From NCBI GenBank assembly GCA_037144195.1, contig JBAWXG010000001.1, forward strand, positions 3,569 to 67,568: a stretch of DNA of 64,000 nt, given 5' to 3'. The DNA is from Synechococcus sp. ELA057. Its GTDB lineage: Bacteria > Cyanobacteriota > Cyanobacteriia > PCC-6307 > Cyanobiaceae. This document shows, in pieces, positions 39,436-49,026 of this stretch (position 1 is the stretch's first letter; each line of letters opens with the position of its first letter). The notes beneath the pieces are model-generated. The model saw only the letters and a program-made list of their open reading frames with translations. It was not told the DNA's origin and made no database searches. The position numbers and the translations under genes are program-made.

Positions 39436-41955
39436 TCAGTTCAGCCGCGCCGTGGCCATGACCCGCTGCCCCTGCTCCTGCAGGGCCTGCTGCAGCAGAG
39501 CGTGCTCCTGCAGCTCCGGATCCCGCTCCAGCAGATCGCCGGCCACGTCGCGGGACAGCTCGAGCAGATCACCATCTTCCGTGAGGCTGGCCAGGGCCAG
39601 ATCCGGCAGCCCTGACTGGCGGGTGCCGAGCACCTGGCCGGGGCCGCGCAGCCGCAGATCCATCTCGGCGATCTCGAAGCCATCGTGGCTGTTGACCAGC
39701 ACCTCCAGCCGCTGCCTGGCCTGAGCCTGGCCGCCATCCTGGATCAGCAGACAGTGGGAGGCGGCCGCCCCGCGGCCCACCCGGCCCCGCAGCTGGTGGA
39801 GCTGGGCGAGGCCGAAGCGTTCGGCATGGTCGATCACCATCACGCTCGCCTCCGGCACATCGACCCCCACCTCCACCACGGTGGTGCTGACCAGCACCTG
39901 CAGGGCGCCGTCTGCGAAGGCGGTGAGCACCCGCTGCTTCTCCTCGCCGCTGAGGCGTCCATGCAGCAGACCCACCCCCAGGCCGGGGAACACGGCGCTC
40001 TGGAGATCGTGGTGCACCGCAACCGCGGAGCGCAGATCCAGCTTCTCCGACTCCTCCACCAGCGGCAGCACCACATAGGCCCGCTGCCCGAGCGCCACCT
40101 GCTCGCGGATCAGCTGCCAGGCCTCCTCCCGATCCTCCCCCGCCAGCAGCCTGGTCCTGATCGGCGTACGGCCCGGGGGCAGCTCGTCGATCTGGCTGAC
40201 ATCGAGATCCCCATGCACCGCCAGCGCCAGGGTGCGGGGGATCGGTGTGGCGGTCATCGTCAGCAGGTGGGGCTGCAGACCCTTGGCCAGCAGCCGGTTG
40301 CGCTGCCGCACCCCGAAGCGATGCTGCTCATCCACCACCACCAGACCCAGCCGCTGGAACTGCACCGGATCCTCCAGCAGGGCGTGGGTGCCGACCAGCA
40401 GCTTGAGCTGGCCGTTGGCCAGATCCTGGAGCAGCTCCCGCCGCCGCCGGGCCGGGGTGGAACCGGTGAGCAGGGCGGCCGGGATGCCCAGGGCCACCAG
40501 CAGGGGATCAAGCTTGCGCAGATGCTGCTCGGCCAGCACCTCGGTGGGAGCCATCAGTGCTCCCTGGCACCCCCCTTCCACGGCCACCAGCAGGGCCGCC
40601 AGGGCCACCAGGGTCTTGCCGCTGCCCACATCACCCTGAAGCAGCCGCGCCATCGGTTGGGGGCGGGCCATGTCGGCGCGGATTTCGGCCAGCACGCGCC
40701 GCTGGGCCCCGGTGAGCGGGAACGGGAGCAGGGCCAGCAGCCGCTCCAGCAACGGGCTGCCTCCTGAATCCCCCAGGGGGGGAGCCGCCTGGCTGCGCCA
40801 GCGTCGGCGCTGGCGACCGAGGGCCAGCTGCAGCAGCAGGAATTCATCGAACACGAGCCGCCGCCGGCTGGCCTGCAGATGCTCCCGGTCGCGAGGCTGA
40901 TGAATGCCCTGGCGGGCCTGGGCCAGGGAGGGCAGACCCAGGCGCCTGGCGAGTGTCTCGGGCAGGGGATCGTTCCAACGCTCCACCGAGGGCATCAGCG
41001 CCTGGAGCGCCCGCCGCAGTCGCTCGGCCCCGAGGCCCTCGGTGAGCGGATACACCGGCACCAGCCGGCCGATCTGCTGGGAGCGCACCGGCGCCCCCGG
41101 CGACTCCAGCAATTCGATCAACGGATCGCGCAGGGAGGGGCCATAGGGACTGTCACGCACCAGTCCGCTGACAGCGACGGTGGATCCGGCCGGGTACTGG
41201 CGCTGCTGGGCCTGGAGCCAGCCGGGGCTGGCGCCGCGGCGGCCGGTGAGGAAGCGGGACACCCGCAGCCGTCCGGTGCAGTCCTGGAGCTGCAGCTCGA
41301 GGATCGCCAGCTGGGGGTTGCGCGGGCTGGTGAAGGCGTGGCAACGGCGCACCGTGGCCACCACGGTGGCGGTGCTGCCGGCCTGCAGGGCCGCGATCCG
41401 GACCAGATGGGCGTAGTCGAGATAGTCGCGGGGGTAGTGGGCGATCAGATCCCGGGCCACGAGCAGCCCCAGACCCGCCAGCAGGGTGGCCGTGCGCGGA
41501 CCGATGCCCGGCACCTCGGCCAGAGGCGCCTCAGGCGCCAGGTACCCCACGCCGCGAGCGGGTGCTGCAGCCGGTGATTCCGCCAGGCGCAGCCGCGGTG
41601 GGGCCGGGGAAGCCTGGGGACGAGCCTGGCTGCGCCAGTGATGCAGCTGCTGCCGCAGCTGGGCCACCAGCTGGCGGCGGCGCCCTTCGGGATGATTCCC
41701 ATAGGCCAGAAAACTCTGCTGCAGCTGCCGCAGCTCCTCCGGCGGCGGATGGGGCCCGCCCCAGGCGGCAGCTTCCTCCAGGGAACGACTGAGAAAGGCG
41801 CTGAAGCGCTCCTGGCGGCCCTGGAGATCGCCATAGCCGCGGTCGCTCTCCAGCTGAGCGGCCTGCTGCAGCAGCGCGCACCAGGCCTCCAGATCGGGTG
41901 TGGTGACGGGCCTCAGTCCGGCGTGGCTCGGCTCCTGCGGATGTCCTGCAACCAC
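39436..41955 (-). CDS. recG: ATP-dependent DNA helicase RecG; start uncertain (GTG 41955 or CTG 41916)
   Basis: YPRDY, QGDVGSGKT, DEQHRFG, TATPIPRT and QLHQLRGRVGR. Confidence 0.95.
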   Translation of the reverse strand: MVAGHPQEPSHAGLRPVTTPDLEAWCALLQQAAQLESDRGYGDLQGRQERFSAFLSRSLEEAAAWGGPHPPPEELRQLQQSFLAYGNHPEGRRRQLVAQLRQQLHHWRSQARPQASPAPPRLRLAESPAAAPARGVGYLAPEAPLAEVPGIGPRTATLLAGLGLLVARDLIAHYPRDYLDYAHLVRIAALQAGSTATVVATVRRCHAFTSPRNPQLAILELQLQDCTGRLRVSRFLTGRRGASPGWLQAQQRQYPAGSTVAVSGLVRDSPYGPSLRDPLIELLESPGAPVRSQQIGRLVPVYPLTEGLGAERLRRALQALMPSVERWNDPLPETLARRLGLPSLAQARQGIHQPRDREHLQASRRRLVFDEFLLLQLALGRQRRRWRSQAAPPLGDSGGSPLLERLLALLPFPLTGAQRRVLAEIRADMARPQPMARLLQGDVGSGKTLVALAALLVAVEGGCQGALMAPTEVLAEQHLRKLDPLLVALGIPAALLTGSTPARRRRELLQDLANGQLKLLVGTHALLEDPVQFQRLGLVVVDEQHRFGVRQRNRLLAKGLQPHLLTMTATPIPRTLALAVHGDLDVSQIDELPPGRTPIRTRLLAGEDREEAWQLIREQVALGQRAYVVLPLVEESEKLDLRSAVAVHHDLQSAVFPGLGVGLLHGRLSGEEKQRVLTAFADGALQVLVSTTVVEVGVDVPEASVMVIDHAERFGLAQLHQLRGRVGRGAAASHCLLIQDGGQAQARQRLEVLVNSHDGFEIAEMDLRLRGPGQVLGTRQSGLPDLALASLTEDGDLLELSRDVAGDLLERDPELQEHALLQQALQEQGQRVMATARLN

Positions 41956-43241
41956 AACCGTTCGGCCTCGCGCGCCTGAAGTCGCCGCTCCAGGCGGCGG
42001 TACTGCTGTGCCATTCTGCGCAGCTCCTGGCGATGCTGCTGGAGCCGGCGCCGGCAGGTGCGCAGCCGTGCCTCCTCCATCTCCAGATCCGCCACCCGCA
42101 GCAGCACGGCCTGACTGTGCAGCGGCGGCCCACCGGGCTTGAGGCCGAACGGCAGCTGCAAGCGCACGAGATTGGCGGGCGCGGCCTGGGTCTCGATCTG
42201 ACCGCGGACCACGGCTTCCAGCAGGCTGGCCGGCAGCAGGCTGGTGCTGATGCCGCTGCGCAGCAGATCCACGTTGATCGCATGGGAGAGGTTGCGCAGG
42301 CGACGGGCCAGGGCGCGCTCGATCGCATCGAGCCACTGCAGCAGCTGAACCGGGTCGTGCGGCAGCAGGCCTTCACCTGCCTCCGGGTCACCGGCTTCGG
42401 GATCCGCTGCCGCGGCAGGCGCCTGAGATCGGCCAGCGGCTGCGGGGCCTGAAGAGGGCCAGAGCTCTCCCTGGGAGACGCCCCCGGGCTGAAACAGAGC
42501 CGCAAGCTCCCCTTCCGCCATACCGAGAGCCTGCAGCAGCTCCGACGAGAACCCGCTCCCTTCCTCCGGATCCGCCATCCCATCCGGGACGGCATCGTCC
42601 TCGCCGGCTTCGGAAGCCTCGAAGTCAGGATCGTCCAGCTCCTCCGCACCGGTCTCGGACTCGGGATCCTCAGGCTCGGCGGCTTCCGCCAAGGAACTGA
42701 ACGGCAGAGGAGATTGAAACGCCCACTGCAGCGCGGCATCCCCGAGGGGTGGCGCCATCTGCAGCTGCACCGAACCGGGAGGGAGGGACCCATGGGGCAT
42801 CACGACCGGGCGCTGCGAGGCGGTGTCCTCCTCGGAGGATGCAACGGCACCCGGTTGCGAGGTCTCGTCATCGGCCCGCAGCAGCTGTCGCAGCAGGTCG
42901 CGCTGCTGCTGCCGCTGCCGCTCTCGCCGCTGCCGCCCCATCTGGGCGGCCAGGGCCGCCAGCTGCTCGACGGTGAGCAGGCTGGTGCAGCGCCCCACCA
43001 GACGGCTCAGGCGCTGATGCAGCTCCAGGCGCTCCTCCTCACCCAGTCGCAGGTAGCGCTCCCCATGGTCGCGGGTGACCAGATGGAAGCAGGCCTGATC
43101 CACCCGCTGCTGCAGCACCGATCGCAGCACCTGGAGATAGAGAGCGATATGGCGATAGAGATCGCCGTTGGCCGCAGCCACAGCCGCTCGGATGCCCTCC
43201 AGACTCCCGGAACCGGTTTCAGCGCCTGGCGAAGCGCCCAC
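41913..43241 (-). CDS. Conserved cyanobacterial hypothetical protein with acidic disordered insert
   Basis: Helical N- and C-terminal blocks (ALYLQVLR...; RRLRNLSHAIN...) between tsf and recG. Confidence 0.7.
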   Translation of the reverse strand: MGASPGAETGSGSLEGIRAAVAAANGDLYRHIALYLQVLRSVLQQRVDQACFHLVTRDHGERYLRLGEEERLELHQRLSRLVGRCTSLLTVEQLAALAAQMGRQRRERQRQQQRDLLRQLLRADDETSQPGAVASSEEDTASQRPVVMPHGSLPPGSVQLQMAPPLGDAALQWAFQSPLPFSSLAEAAEPEDPESETGAEELDDPDFEASEAGEDDAVPDGMADPEEGSGFSSELLQALGMAEGELAALFQPGGVSQGELWPSSGPAAAGRSQAPAAAADPEAGDPEAGEGLLPHDPVQLLQWLDAIERALARRLRNLSHAINVDLLRSGISTSLLPASLLEAVVRGQIETQAAPANLVRLQLPFGLKPGGPPLHSQAVLLRVADLEMEEARLRTCRRRLQQHRQELRRMAQQYRRLERRLQAREAERLWLQDIRRSRATPD

Positions 43242-43261
43242 GTGCGTTGCTTCGGCCGGAC

Positions 43262-43918
43262 TCAGGCCTTGCCCATCATCGCCACCTCGGTGGCGAAATC
43301 GAGCTTCTGCACCTCGATGCCCTCCCCGAGCGTGTAGCGGGTGAAGCGGCGGACCTGGATGTTTTCGCCGGTCTTGGCGGCGGCCTGCTTCACCATCTCT
43401 CCGACGGTGATGGTGTTGTCGCGGATGTAGGCCTGGTCCAGCAGGGCCAGCTCCTTGAGCCGCTTGCCGATGCGACCCTCGACGATCTTGACCTTCATCT
43501 CCTCCTTCTTGCCGTCCAGGTCATCGCGGCCCATCTCGATCGCCTTTTCGCGATCCGCCACCTCCTGGGGGATCTGGTCGGTGGTCACGTACTCGACATT
43601 GGGGCAGGCCGCGATCTGCATCGCCACGTTGCGCACCAGCTCCTGGAAGAGCTCACCGCGGGCGACGAAGTCGGTCTCACAGTTGACCTCCACCAGCACG
43701 CCGACGCGGGCACCGGTGTGGATGTAGCTGCCCACCGACCCTTCAGCGGCGGTGCGGCCGGCCTTCTTCTCGGCGCTGGCGATGCCTTTCTGGCGCAGCC
43801 ATTCGATCGCCTTTTCGGTGTTGCCACCGGTCTCGGCCAGGGCCTTCTTGCAGTCCATCATTCCTGCGCCGGTCTTGTCGCGCAGGTCCTTGACGAGCTT
43901 GGCGGAGATCTCAGCCAT
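43262..43918 (-). CDS. tsf: Elongation factor Ts
   Basis: [16 protein letters not shown] and [10 protein letters not shown]. Confidence 0.98.
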   Translation of the reverse strand: MAEISAKLVKDLRDKTGAGMMDCKKALAETGGNTEKAIEWLRQKGIASAEKKAGRTAAEGSVGSYIHTGARVGVLVEVNCETDFVARGELFQELVRNVAMQIAACPNVEYVTTDQIPQEVADREKAIEMGRDDLDGKKEEMKVKIVEGRIGKRLKELALLDQAYIRDNTITVGEMVKQAAAKTGENIQVRRFTRYTLGEGIEVQKLDFATEVAMMGKA

Positions 43919-43987
43919 GACAGGGCAGGGGGAAGGGGTCGGAGGAGGGGGAAAGAGTGGGCAGGCCCGAAGGACTGACAGCGAAAG

Positions 43988-44021
43988 GCCGGGAGGTCAG
44001 AGCGGCTCTGGCACTCCCGGC
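43988..44021 (-). terminator. Hairpin between rpsB and tsf (attenuator or stabiliser)
   Basis: GCCGGGAG-GTCAGAGC-G-GCTCTGGC-A-CTCCCGGC. Confidence 0.5.
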
Positions 44022-44045
44022 TGGGAAGGGTGGCACGGCGAGGGC

Positions 44046-44756
44046 TCAGCCCTCGTCTTCACCGCGATCCTGGGCGCCATGACGGCCTTCGTTGATGGCG
44101 TCGGCCAGACGGCTGAGCACGAGCTGCACGGAGCGCACGGCGTCGTCGTTGCAGGGGATCGGCACGTCGCAGAGGTCGGGATCGCAGTTGGTGTCGAGCA
44201 TCGACACCAGAGGGATATCGAGCTTGCGGGCCTCCAGCACGGCGTTGGTCTCGCGGCGCTGATCGACGAGAACCACCACGTCGGGCAGGCGGCGCATGTT
44301 CTTGAGGCCGCCCAGATACTTCTGAAGCCGATCGAGCTCACGGCGCAGCACCGCCGCCTCCTTTTTGGGACGCATGGCGATGGCGCCGGAGGACTCCATG
44401 CGCTCCAGATCCTTGAGGCGATCGATGCGGGCGCGCATCGTGGTCCAGTTGGTGAGCATGCCGCCCAGCCAGCGCTGGTTCACATAAGCAGCGCCGCAGC
44501 GTGCCGCCTCCTGGGCGATCACTTCGGAGGCCTGCTTCTTGGTGCCGACAAACAGAAAGCGCTTGCCGCTGCGGGCGGCGTTGCGCGTCCACTTGTAGGC
44601 ATTGTTCATGCAGACGGCCGTCTGCACGAGGTCAATGATGTGCACCCCGTTGCGCGCGCAGTAGATGTAGCGCGACATCTTGGGGTTCCAGCGACGGGTC
44701 TGGTGCCCAAAGTGGGCGCCAGCCTCCATCATCTCGGCGAGGGTGACAACAGCCAT
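44046..44756 (-). CDS. rpsB: 30S ribosomal protein S2
   Basis: [32 protein letters not shown] and PCNDDA. Confidence 0.98.
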   Translation of the reverse strand: MAVVTLAEMMEAGAHFGHQTRRWNPKMSRYIYCARNGVHIIDLVQTAVCMNNAYKWTRNAARSGKRFLFVGTKKQASEVIAQEAARCGAAYVNQRWLGGMLTNWTTMRARIDRLKDLERMESSGAIAMRPKKEAAVLRRELDRLQKYLGGLKNMRRLPDVVVLVDQRRETNAVLEARKLDIPLVSMLDTNCDPDLCDVPIPCNDDAVRSVQLVLSRLADAINEGRHGAQDRGEDEG

Positions 44757-44764
44757 GGCTTGAA

Positions 44765-44898
44765 GGTTTCGGGTTTGCCTCCACCTGCCAGGGACCCGCG
44801 ATCCACGGTGGTCAGACCACCGGGTCGCCGCAGGGCAGACAGGCCGTGAATGGCGCTGCCGGATCCTGCCGGGTCACCCGAAACGCGCAGGTGTGCGG
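44765..44898 (-). ncRNA. rpsB 5' leader (t44-type S2 autoregulatory element)
   Basis: Minus strand GCACACCTGC...TTTCGGGTG...GCAGGTGGAGGCAAACCCGAAAC. CACCTGC/GCAGGTG stem and GTTTCGGGT/ACCCGAAAC pairing; extended -10-like TGaTAAGTT at 44923-44915. Confidence 0.75.
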
Positions 44899-44938
44899 AT
44901 TGGGGGGACGCTTCAACTTATCAAACGGCCCCGCCGGC

Positions 44939-45868
44939 TCAACGCAGCGCAGCGCGGGCTTCGGCGAACAGGGCCCGCACCCCGAGGCGGTTGAGCGGCA
45001 GCCGCAGCAGCTCCATCGCCAGGGCGGTCTGGCCGCGGCGGATCAGCCAGGCGAGCAGAGGCCTCAACGTGCGCTCGTTGACCAGCCCGCCGAGGGTGAG
45101 CAGCTCCCAGAGCAGGCGATGCAGCCAGGTGTACTGGATGATGAAGCGCACCCGCCAGGTGGGGTGCTTGCGGTAGAAAAGCAGCCCCATGCGGGCCCGC
45201 TGCCGCTCCACCTCGATCAGCCGGGGGATCTGGTCGAGGCTGAGGGCGGGATGCCAGTGATAGCCGGCGGCCTCGGGGCAACGCACCAACCGCACTCCCA
45301 TCTGCCGCAGCCGCTCGCCCAGCTCCAGGTCCTCCCATCCATACAGCCGGAAGGCGGTGTCGAACAGGCCGGAGCGCTCCAGCAGTTCACGATCGATCGC
45401 CACATTGCCGGTGGCGAAGTAGGCCCAGGACAGATCGGTGGGCTTGTGGGGCTCGCTGGTGGGATCCTCGAAATTGGCGGTGTTGATCACCGCGCCGTAG
45501 GTGAAGCAGAGCCGATCGCCCCGCTGGCGCCAGCTGCGCTCCAGGGCGCGGGCATGGCAGAGCAGGAAGCTGGGGGTGACGACCAGATCGCTGTCGATGA
45601 ACACGATCACATCGCCACGGGCCTCCTGCACGCCGCGGTTGCGGCCCTCCGCCGGACCGCCGTGCTGCTGACGGATCAGCCGCAGGTGAGGGAAGGCGGT
45701 GGCGTGGGCATCAAGCCAGTGCACCGTGTCGTCGGTGGAGCCGTCATCCACCAGCACCACCTCGTAGCGCTCCAGGGGCGGCTCGAGGATCTGCCGCTCG
45801 AGGGCCTCCAGGCACTGCCGCAGGATCGGCAGGCGGTTGTAGGTGGGGATGACGACGCTGAGGAACAT
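44939..45868 (-). CDS. Glycosyltransferase family 2
   Basis: SVVIPTYNR, VDDGSTD, FIDSD and GWEDLELG. Confidence 0.92.
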   Translation of the reverse strand: MFLSVVIPTYNRLPILRQCLEALERQILEPPLERYEVVLVDDGSTDDTVHWLDAHATAFPHLRLIRQQHGGPAEGRNRGVQEARGDVIVFIDSDLVVTPSFLLCHARALERSWRQRGDRLCFTYGAVINTANFEDPTSEPHKPTDLSWAYFATGNVAIDRELLERSGLFDTAFRLYGWEDLELGERLRQMGVRLVRCPEAAGYHWHPALSLDQIPRLIEVERQRARMGLLFYRKHPTWRVRFIIQYTWLHRLLWELLTLGGLVNERTLRPLLAWLIRRGQTALAMELLRLPLNRLGVRALFAEARAALR

Positions 45869-45911
45869 GGGGCCGTCAGGGCTCACGGTGATTTCAGCGC
45901 AAGAATGCAGC

Positions 45912-45938
45912 AAAAGGGGGGACCCTCTGGATCCCCCC
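45912..45938 (-). terminator. Rho-independent terminator after the small basic ORF
   Basis: Minus strand GGGGGGAT...GTCCCCCC followed by TTTT. Confidence 0.7.
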
Positions 45939-45975
45939 GGTCGGCTCGGCGATGCCGAAGCGCTGATGGCCTGGA

Positions 45976-46131
45976 TCAGTCGGCGGCGCCGCCGTTGTTG
46001 GCCGTTCCGGTCACGCCGTTGCCGGCGCCTTCGCCGCGGCCCTCATTGCGCAGCTTGCGCTTCTTGAACTTGCGCGCGTAGGCGCGGTTGCGCTCCTGCT
46101 TCTCCTTCTTCAGATTCCTGCGCTTGGCCAT
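45976..46131 (-). CDS. 51-aa Lys/Arg-rich small protein (not in ORF track)
   Basis: MAKRRNLKKEKQERNRAYARKFKKRKLRNEGRGEGAGNGVTGTANNGGAAD*; GC3-rich codons and its own terminator. Confidence 0.8.
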   Translation of the reverse strand: MAKRRNLKKEKQERNRAYARKFKKRKLRNEGRGEGAGNGVTGTANNGGAAD

Positions 46132-46167
46132 GCGTGCGGCGACTCATCACGGGGTTGATGATGCAGC

Positions 46168-46947
46168 CTACTCAACCGCCGTGGCCCTGCCGGCATCGGG
46201 CAGCTTCGCCGCGCTCCAGATCCGCTCACCTGAGGTGGATTCCACCAGCTGACCGTCCTCCATCCGCAGCACCCGATCGGCGATATCGAGGATGCGCGGA
46301 TCGTGGGTGACCATCAGCACGGCACAGCCGCGGGAGCGGGCCAGACCCTGGAGCAGGTCGACCACCTCGCGGCCGGTGCGGCTGTCGAGGGCGGCGGTGG
46401 GCTCATCGGCCAGCAGCAGCCGCGGTTCAGCCGCCAGGGCCCGGGCGATCGCCACCCGCTGCTTCTGCCCGCCGGAGAGATCGTGGGGCAGCTTGTGCAA
46501 CTCGTCGCCGAGGCCCACGGCCCGCAGCCATTCCCGCGCCAGGTCGCGTCGGGCCCTGTAGCCGAGATCGGGCAGCAGATCGGAGCCCATCTGCACGTTC
46601 TGCTCGGCGGTGAGGCAGCGGAGCAGGTTGTGACCCTGGAAGATCATGCCGATCTCACGGCGCAACCGCTGGCGCTGGCCGCGGCTCGCCCCATCGAGAG
46701 ATTCACCGAGCACCTGCACCGAACCGCTCTGCACCGAACGGAGCGCACCCACCAGGGTGAGCAGGGTGGTCTTGCCACAGCCGGAGGGGCCGGTGAGCAG
46801 CACCACCTCCCCGGCATCGACCCGCAGATCCACCTGCTGCAGCACCTGACGGCGGGTGTCGCCCTTGCCGAACCAGTGGCTGAGGCCGTCCAGCTGAATG
46901 GCGGGGGGCCCGGCAGCGACAGAGCGGGGTGGAGAGGGATGCAGCAT
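46168..46947 (-). CDS. devA: DevA family ABC exporter ATP-binding protein
   Basis: GPSGCGKTT, IFQGHNL, LSGGQKQR, ADEPTAALD and VTHD. Confidence 0.88.
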   Translation of the reverse strand: MLHPSPPRSVAAGPPAIQLDGLSHWFGKGDTRRQVLQQVDLRVDAGEVVLLTGPSGCGKTTLLTLVGALRSVQSGSVQVLGESLDGASRGQRQRLRREIGMIFQGHNLLRCLTAEQNVQMGSDLLPDLGYRARRDLAREWLRAVGLGDELHKLPHDLSGGQKQRVAIARALAAEPRLLLADEPTAALDSRTGREVVDLLQGLARSRGCAVLMVTHDPRILDIADRVLRMEDGQLVESTSGERIWSAAKLPDAGRATAVE

Positions 46948-46951
46948 CGGC

Positions 46952-48121
46952 TCAGAAGATCTCGGCCGGATCGGCATCGGCCAGTCGCCGCATCGCCAGG
47001 CCGGCCGATCCGAGGCACATGATCAGGATCAGCACCAGCACGGTCGTGGCGCGGGTGAGATCCATGGTGACCGGCAGGCGCGTGGCGCTGCGCACGAAGG
47101 CGTAGAGCCCCTGGCCGGCCAGGTAGGCGGGGATGTAGCCGAAGGCCACCAGCAGCAGACCCTCACGGGCCACCACCCCGAGGAGGGTGGGAAGCCTGTA
47201 ACCCATGGCCATGAGGGTGGCGTATTCGGGCAGGTGGTCGCTCACATCGGAATAGAGCACCTGGTAAACGATCACGCAGCCCACCACGAAGCCCATCGCC
47301 GCCCCCAGGGTGAAGATGAAGCCGATGGCGGTGCTGGAGCGCCAGTAGTCCTGCTCGAAGGCGATGAAGCCCGCCTTGGTGAGCACCTTCACGTCGACGG
47401 GCAGCTGCTGCTGGAGTCGCTTCTGCACCGCTGCCAGATCGGCTCCCGGTGCCAGCCGGATCAGCCCCACCTCGATGCTGCCGGGCGGGGTGTTGGGCAT
47501 CAGATCGAGGAAGGTCTCGGAGCTGGTGATCAGGTTGCCGTCGGCCCCGAAGCTCGTGCCGATCGACACCAGCCCCACCACCCGCACCCGCTTGCCGGCG
47601 ATCTCTGTCTCCACGGTGCGGCCCTGGCGGAGCCAGCGGGCGACCGGGCCGAATTCAGGCCGGGAGCCCTCGTCGAACAGCACCCGTCCCTTCTGGGTGA
47701 GCAGCTGGGCCTTGGCCGCCAGGGTGGGATCGGTGAACAGGCTGTCGGCCGGCTCGAAACCGAGGGCCAGGATGGCCCGGGTGGCTCGGTTCTCGGGATT
47801 GCGCCAGAGCATCAGGCTCCAGTGCATCGGCGTGATCGAGCGCACCTCGGGATCGGCCATGGCCTGCACCAGCCGGCGCCGGGGGAAACCCGCCATGCGC
47901 ACCGAGCTGGTGGAGCGGGGGCTGATCAGCACCAGATCCGCATCCACCAGCCGGTGCACGGTGACGCTGGCATCGAACAGGCCGTCCCGGAAGCCGAACT
48001 GCATGAACATCAGGATCCCGGCGAAGGCGATGCCCGCCAGGGCCACCGCCAGCCGCATCGGCTGACGGGTGAGCAGCAGCCAGGCCAGGGGAATGCGTCT
48101 CCCCTGCCAGAACCCGTTCAT
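46952..48121 (-). CDS. devC: DevC family ABC exporter permease
   Basis: IPLAWLLL, FAGILMFMQFGF, SRPEFG, EYATLMAMGY and ADPAEIF. Confidence 0.92.
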   Translation of the reverse strand: MNGFWQGRRIPLAWLLLTRQPMRLAVALAGIAFAGILMFMQFGFRDGLFDASVTVHRLVDADLVLISPRSTSSVRMAGFPRRRLVQAMADPEVRSITPMHWSLMLWRNPENRATRAILALGFEPADSLFTDPTLAAKAQLLTQKGRVLFDEGSRPEFGPVARWLRQGRTVETEIAGKRVRVVGLVSIGTSFGADGNLITSSETFLDLMPNTPPGSIEVGLIRLAPGADLAAVQKRLQQQLPVDVKVLTKAGFIAFEQDYWRSSTAIGFIFTLGAAMGFVVGCVIVYQVLYSDVSDHLPEYATLMAMGYRLPTLLGVVAREGLLLVAFGYIPAYLAGQGLYAFVRSATRLPVTMDLTRATTVLVLILIMCLGSAGLAMRRLADADPAEIF

Positions 48122-49026
48122 GGCTGCAGCCTGCCGATCACCTTGAGACCGGCGAGGGAACGGACCCGCTCGGCGGAACCGGAATCGAGACGCACCCACA
48201 CCTCCACCACGCGGGCATCGGCATCACCGCTGGGATCGGTGCTGAGCACCTCGCGCTGGCGCACCTGGGGGCTGACCAGACGCACCGTGCCGTGCAGCTG
48301 GCCCTGGAAGCCGCCGCTTTCGCTGGTGATCGTCACCGCCATGCCCGGCTTCACCCGGGCGATGTCGCTCTCGTAGACCTCCAGCAAGGCCTCCATGCGG
48401 TCGCTGGCGCCCATCTCCAGGATGCCCTTGTCGGCTGGCCGCTCGCCGACGCGGGTGTGGATCTTGAGCACGGTGCCGGCCAGGGGTGCGCGCAGCTCCG
48501 TGAGGACCAGATCGGCATTGGAACGGGCCAGGGAGGCGCGGGCCTCCTGCAGCAGACCGTCGAGGGTGAGCAGCTCCTGCTCGCGGCGGTCGAGTTCATC
48601 GGCGGCCACGGCGCCGGAGGCTCCCAGCCTGCGGTAACGCTGCAGCTCGCGGGTCTCCAGCTTCAGGCGGCGCTCGAGATTGGCGATACGGGTGCGCAGC
48701 AGTGCGTTCTCGGCCCGCACGGCCGGACCGTTGTCGAAGGTGGCGAGCAGGGCGCCCCTGGGCACCTGATCCCCCTCGGCCACCAGCAGCCGGGTGATGC
48801 GTGGGCTGCCGCCCACCCCGGTGATCGGAGCGGCCAGCAGACGCACCTCACCGGAGGGCACCAGTCGGCCCAGGGCGGCGACCGCCCGTGGAGCGGCCGG
48901 CCGCGAAACCGGTGCCGGCTTGACGGCAGCAGGCCTGGGGCTCTGACTGCGGGTCCAGGCGAAGACCACCGCCCCAGCCAGGACGACGGCGCCGGCGATC
49001 AGCAGGGGGCGACGGGATCGTCGAAC
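48118..49026 (-). CDS. devB: DevB/HlyD family membrane fusion protein; start uncertain, overlaps pcyA 3' end
   Basis: TM anchor, [26 protein letters not shown] and DARVVEV. Confidence 0.85.
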   Translation of the reverse strand, partial: VRRSRRPLLIAGAVVLAGAVVFAWTRSQSPRPAAVKPAPVSRPAAPRAVAALGRLVPSGEVRLLAAPITGVGGSPRITRLLVAEGDQVPRGALLATFDNGPAVRAENALLRTRIANLERRLKLETRELQRYRRLGASGAVAADELDRREQELLTLDGLLQEARASLARSNADLVLTELRAPLAGTVLKIHTRVGERPADKGILEMGASDRMEALLEVYESDIARVKPGMAVTITSESGGFQGQLHGTVRLVSPQVRQREVLSTDPSGDADARVVEVWVRLDSGSAERVRSLAGLKVIGRLQP

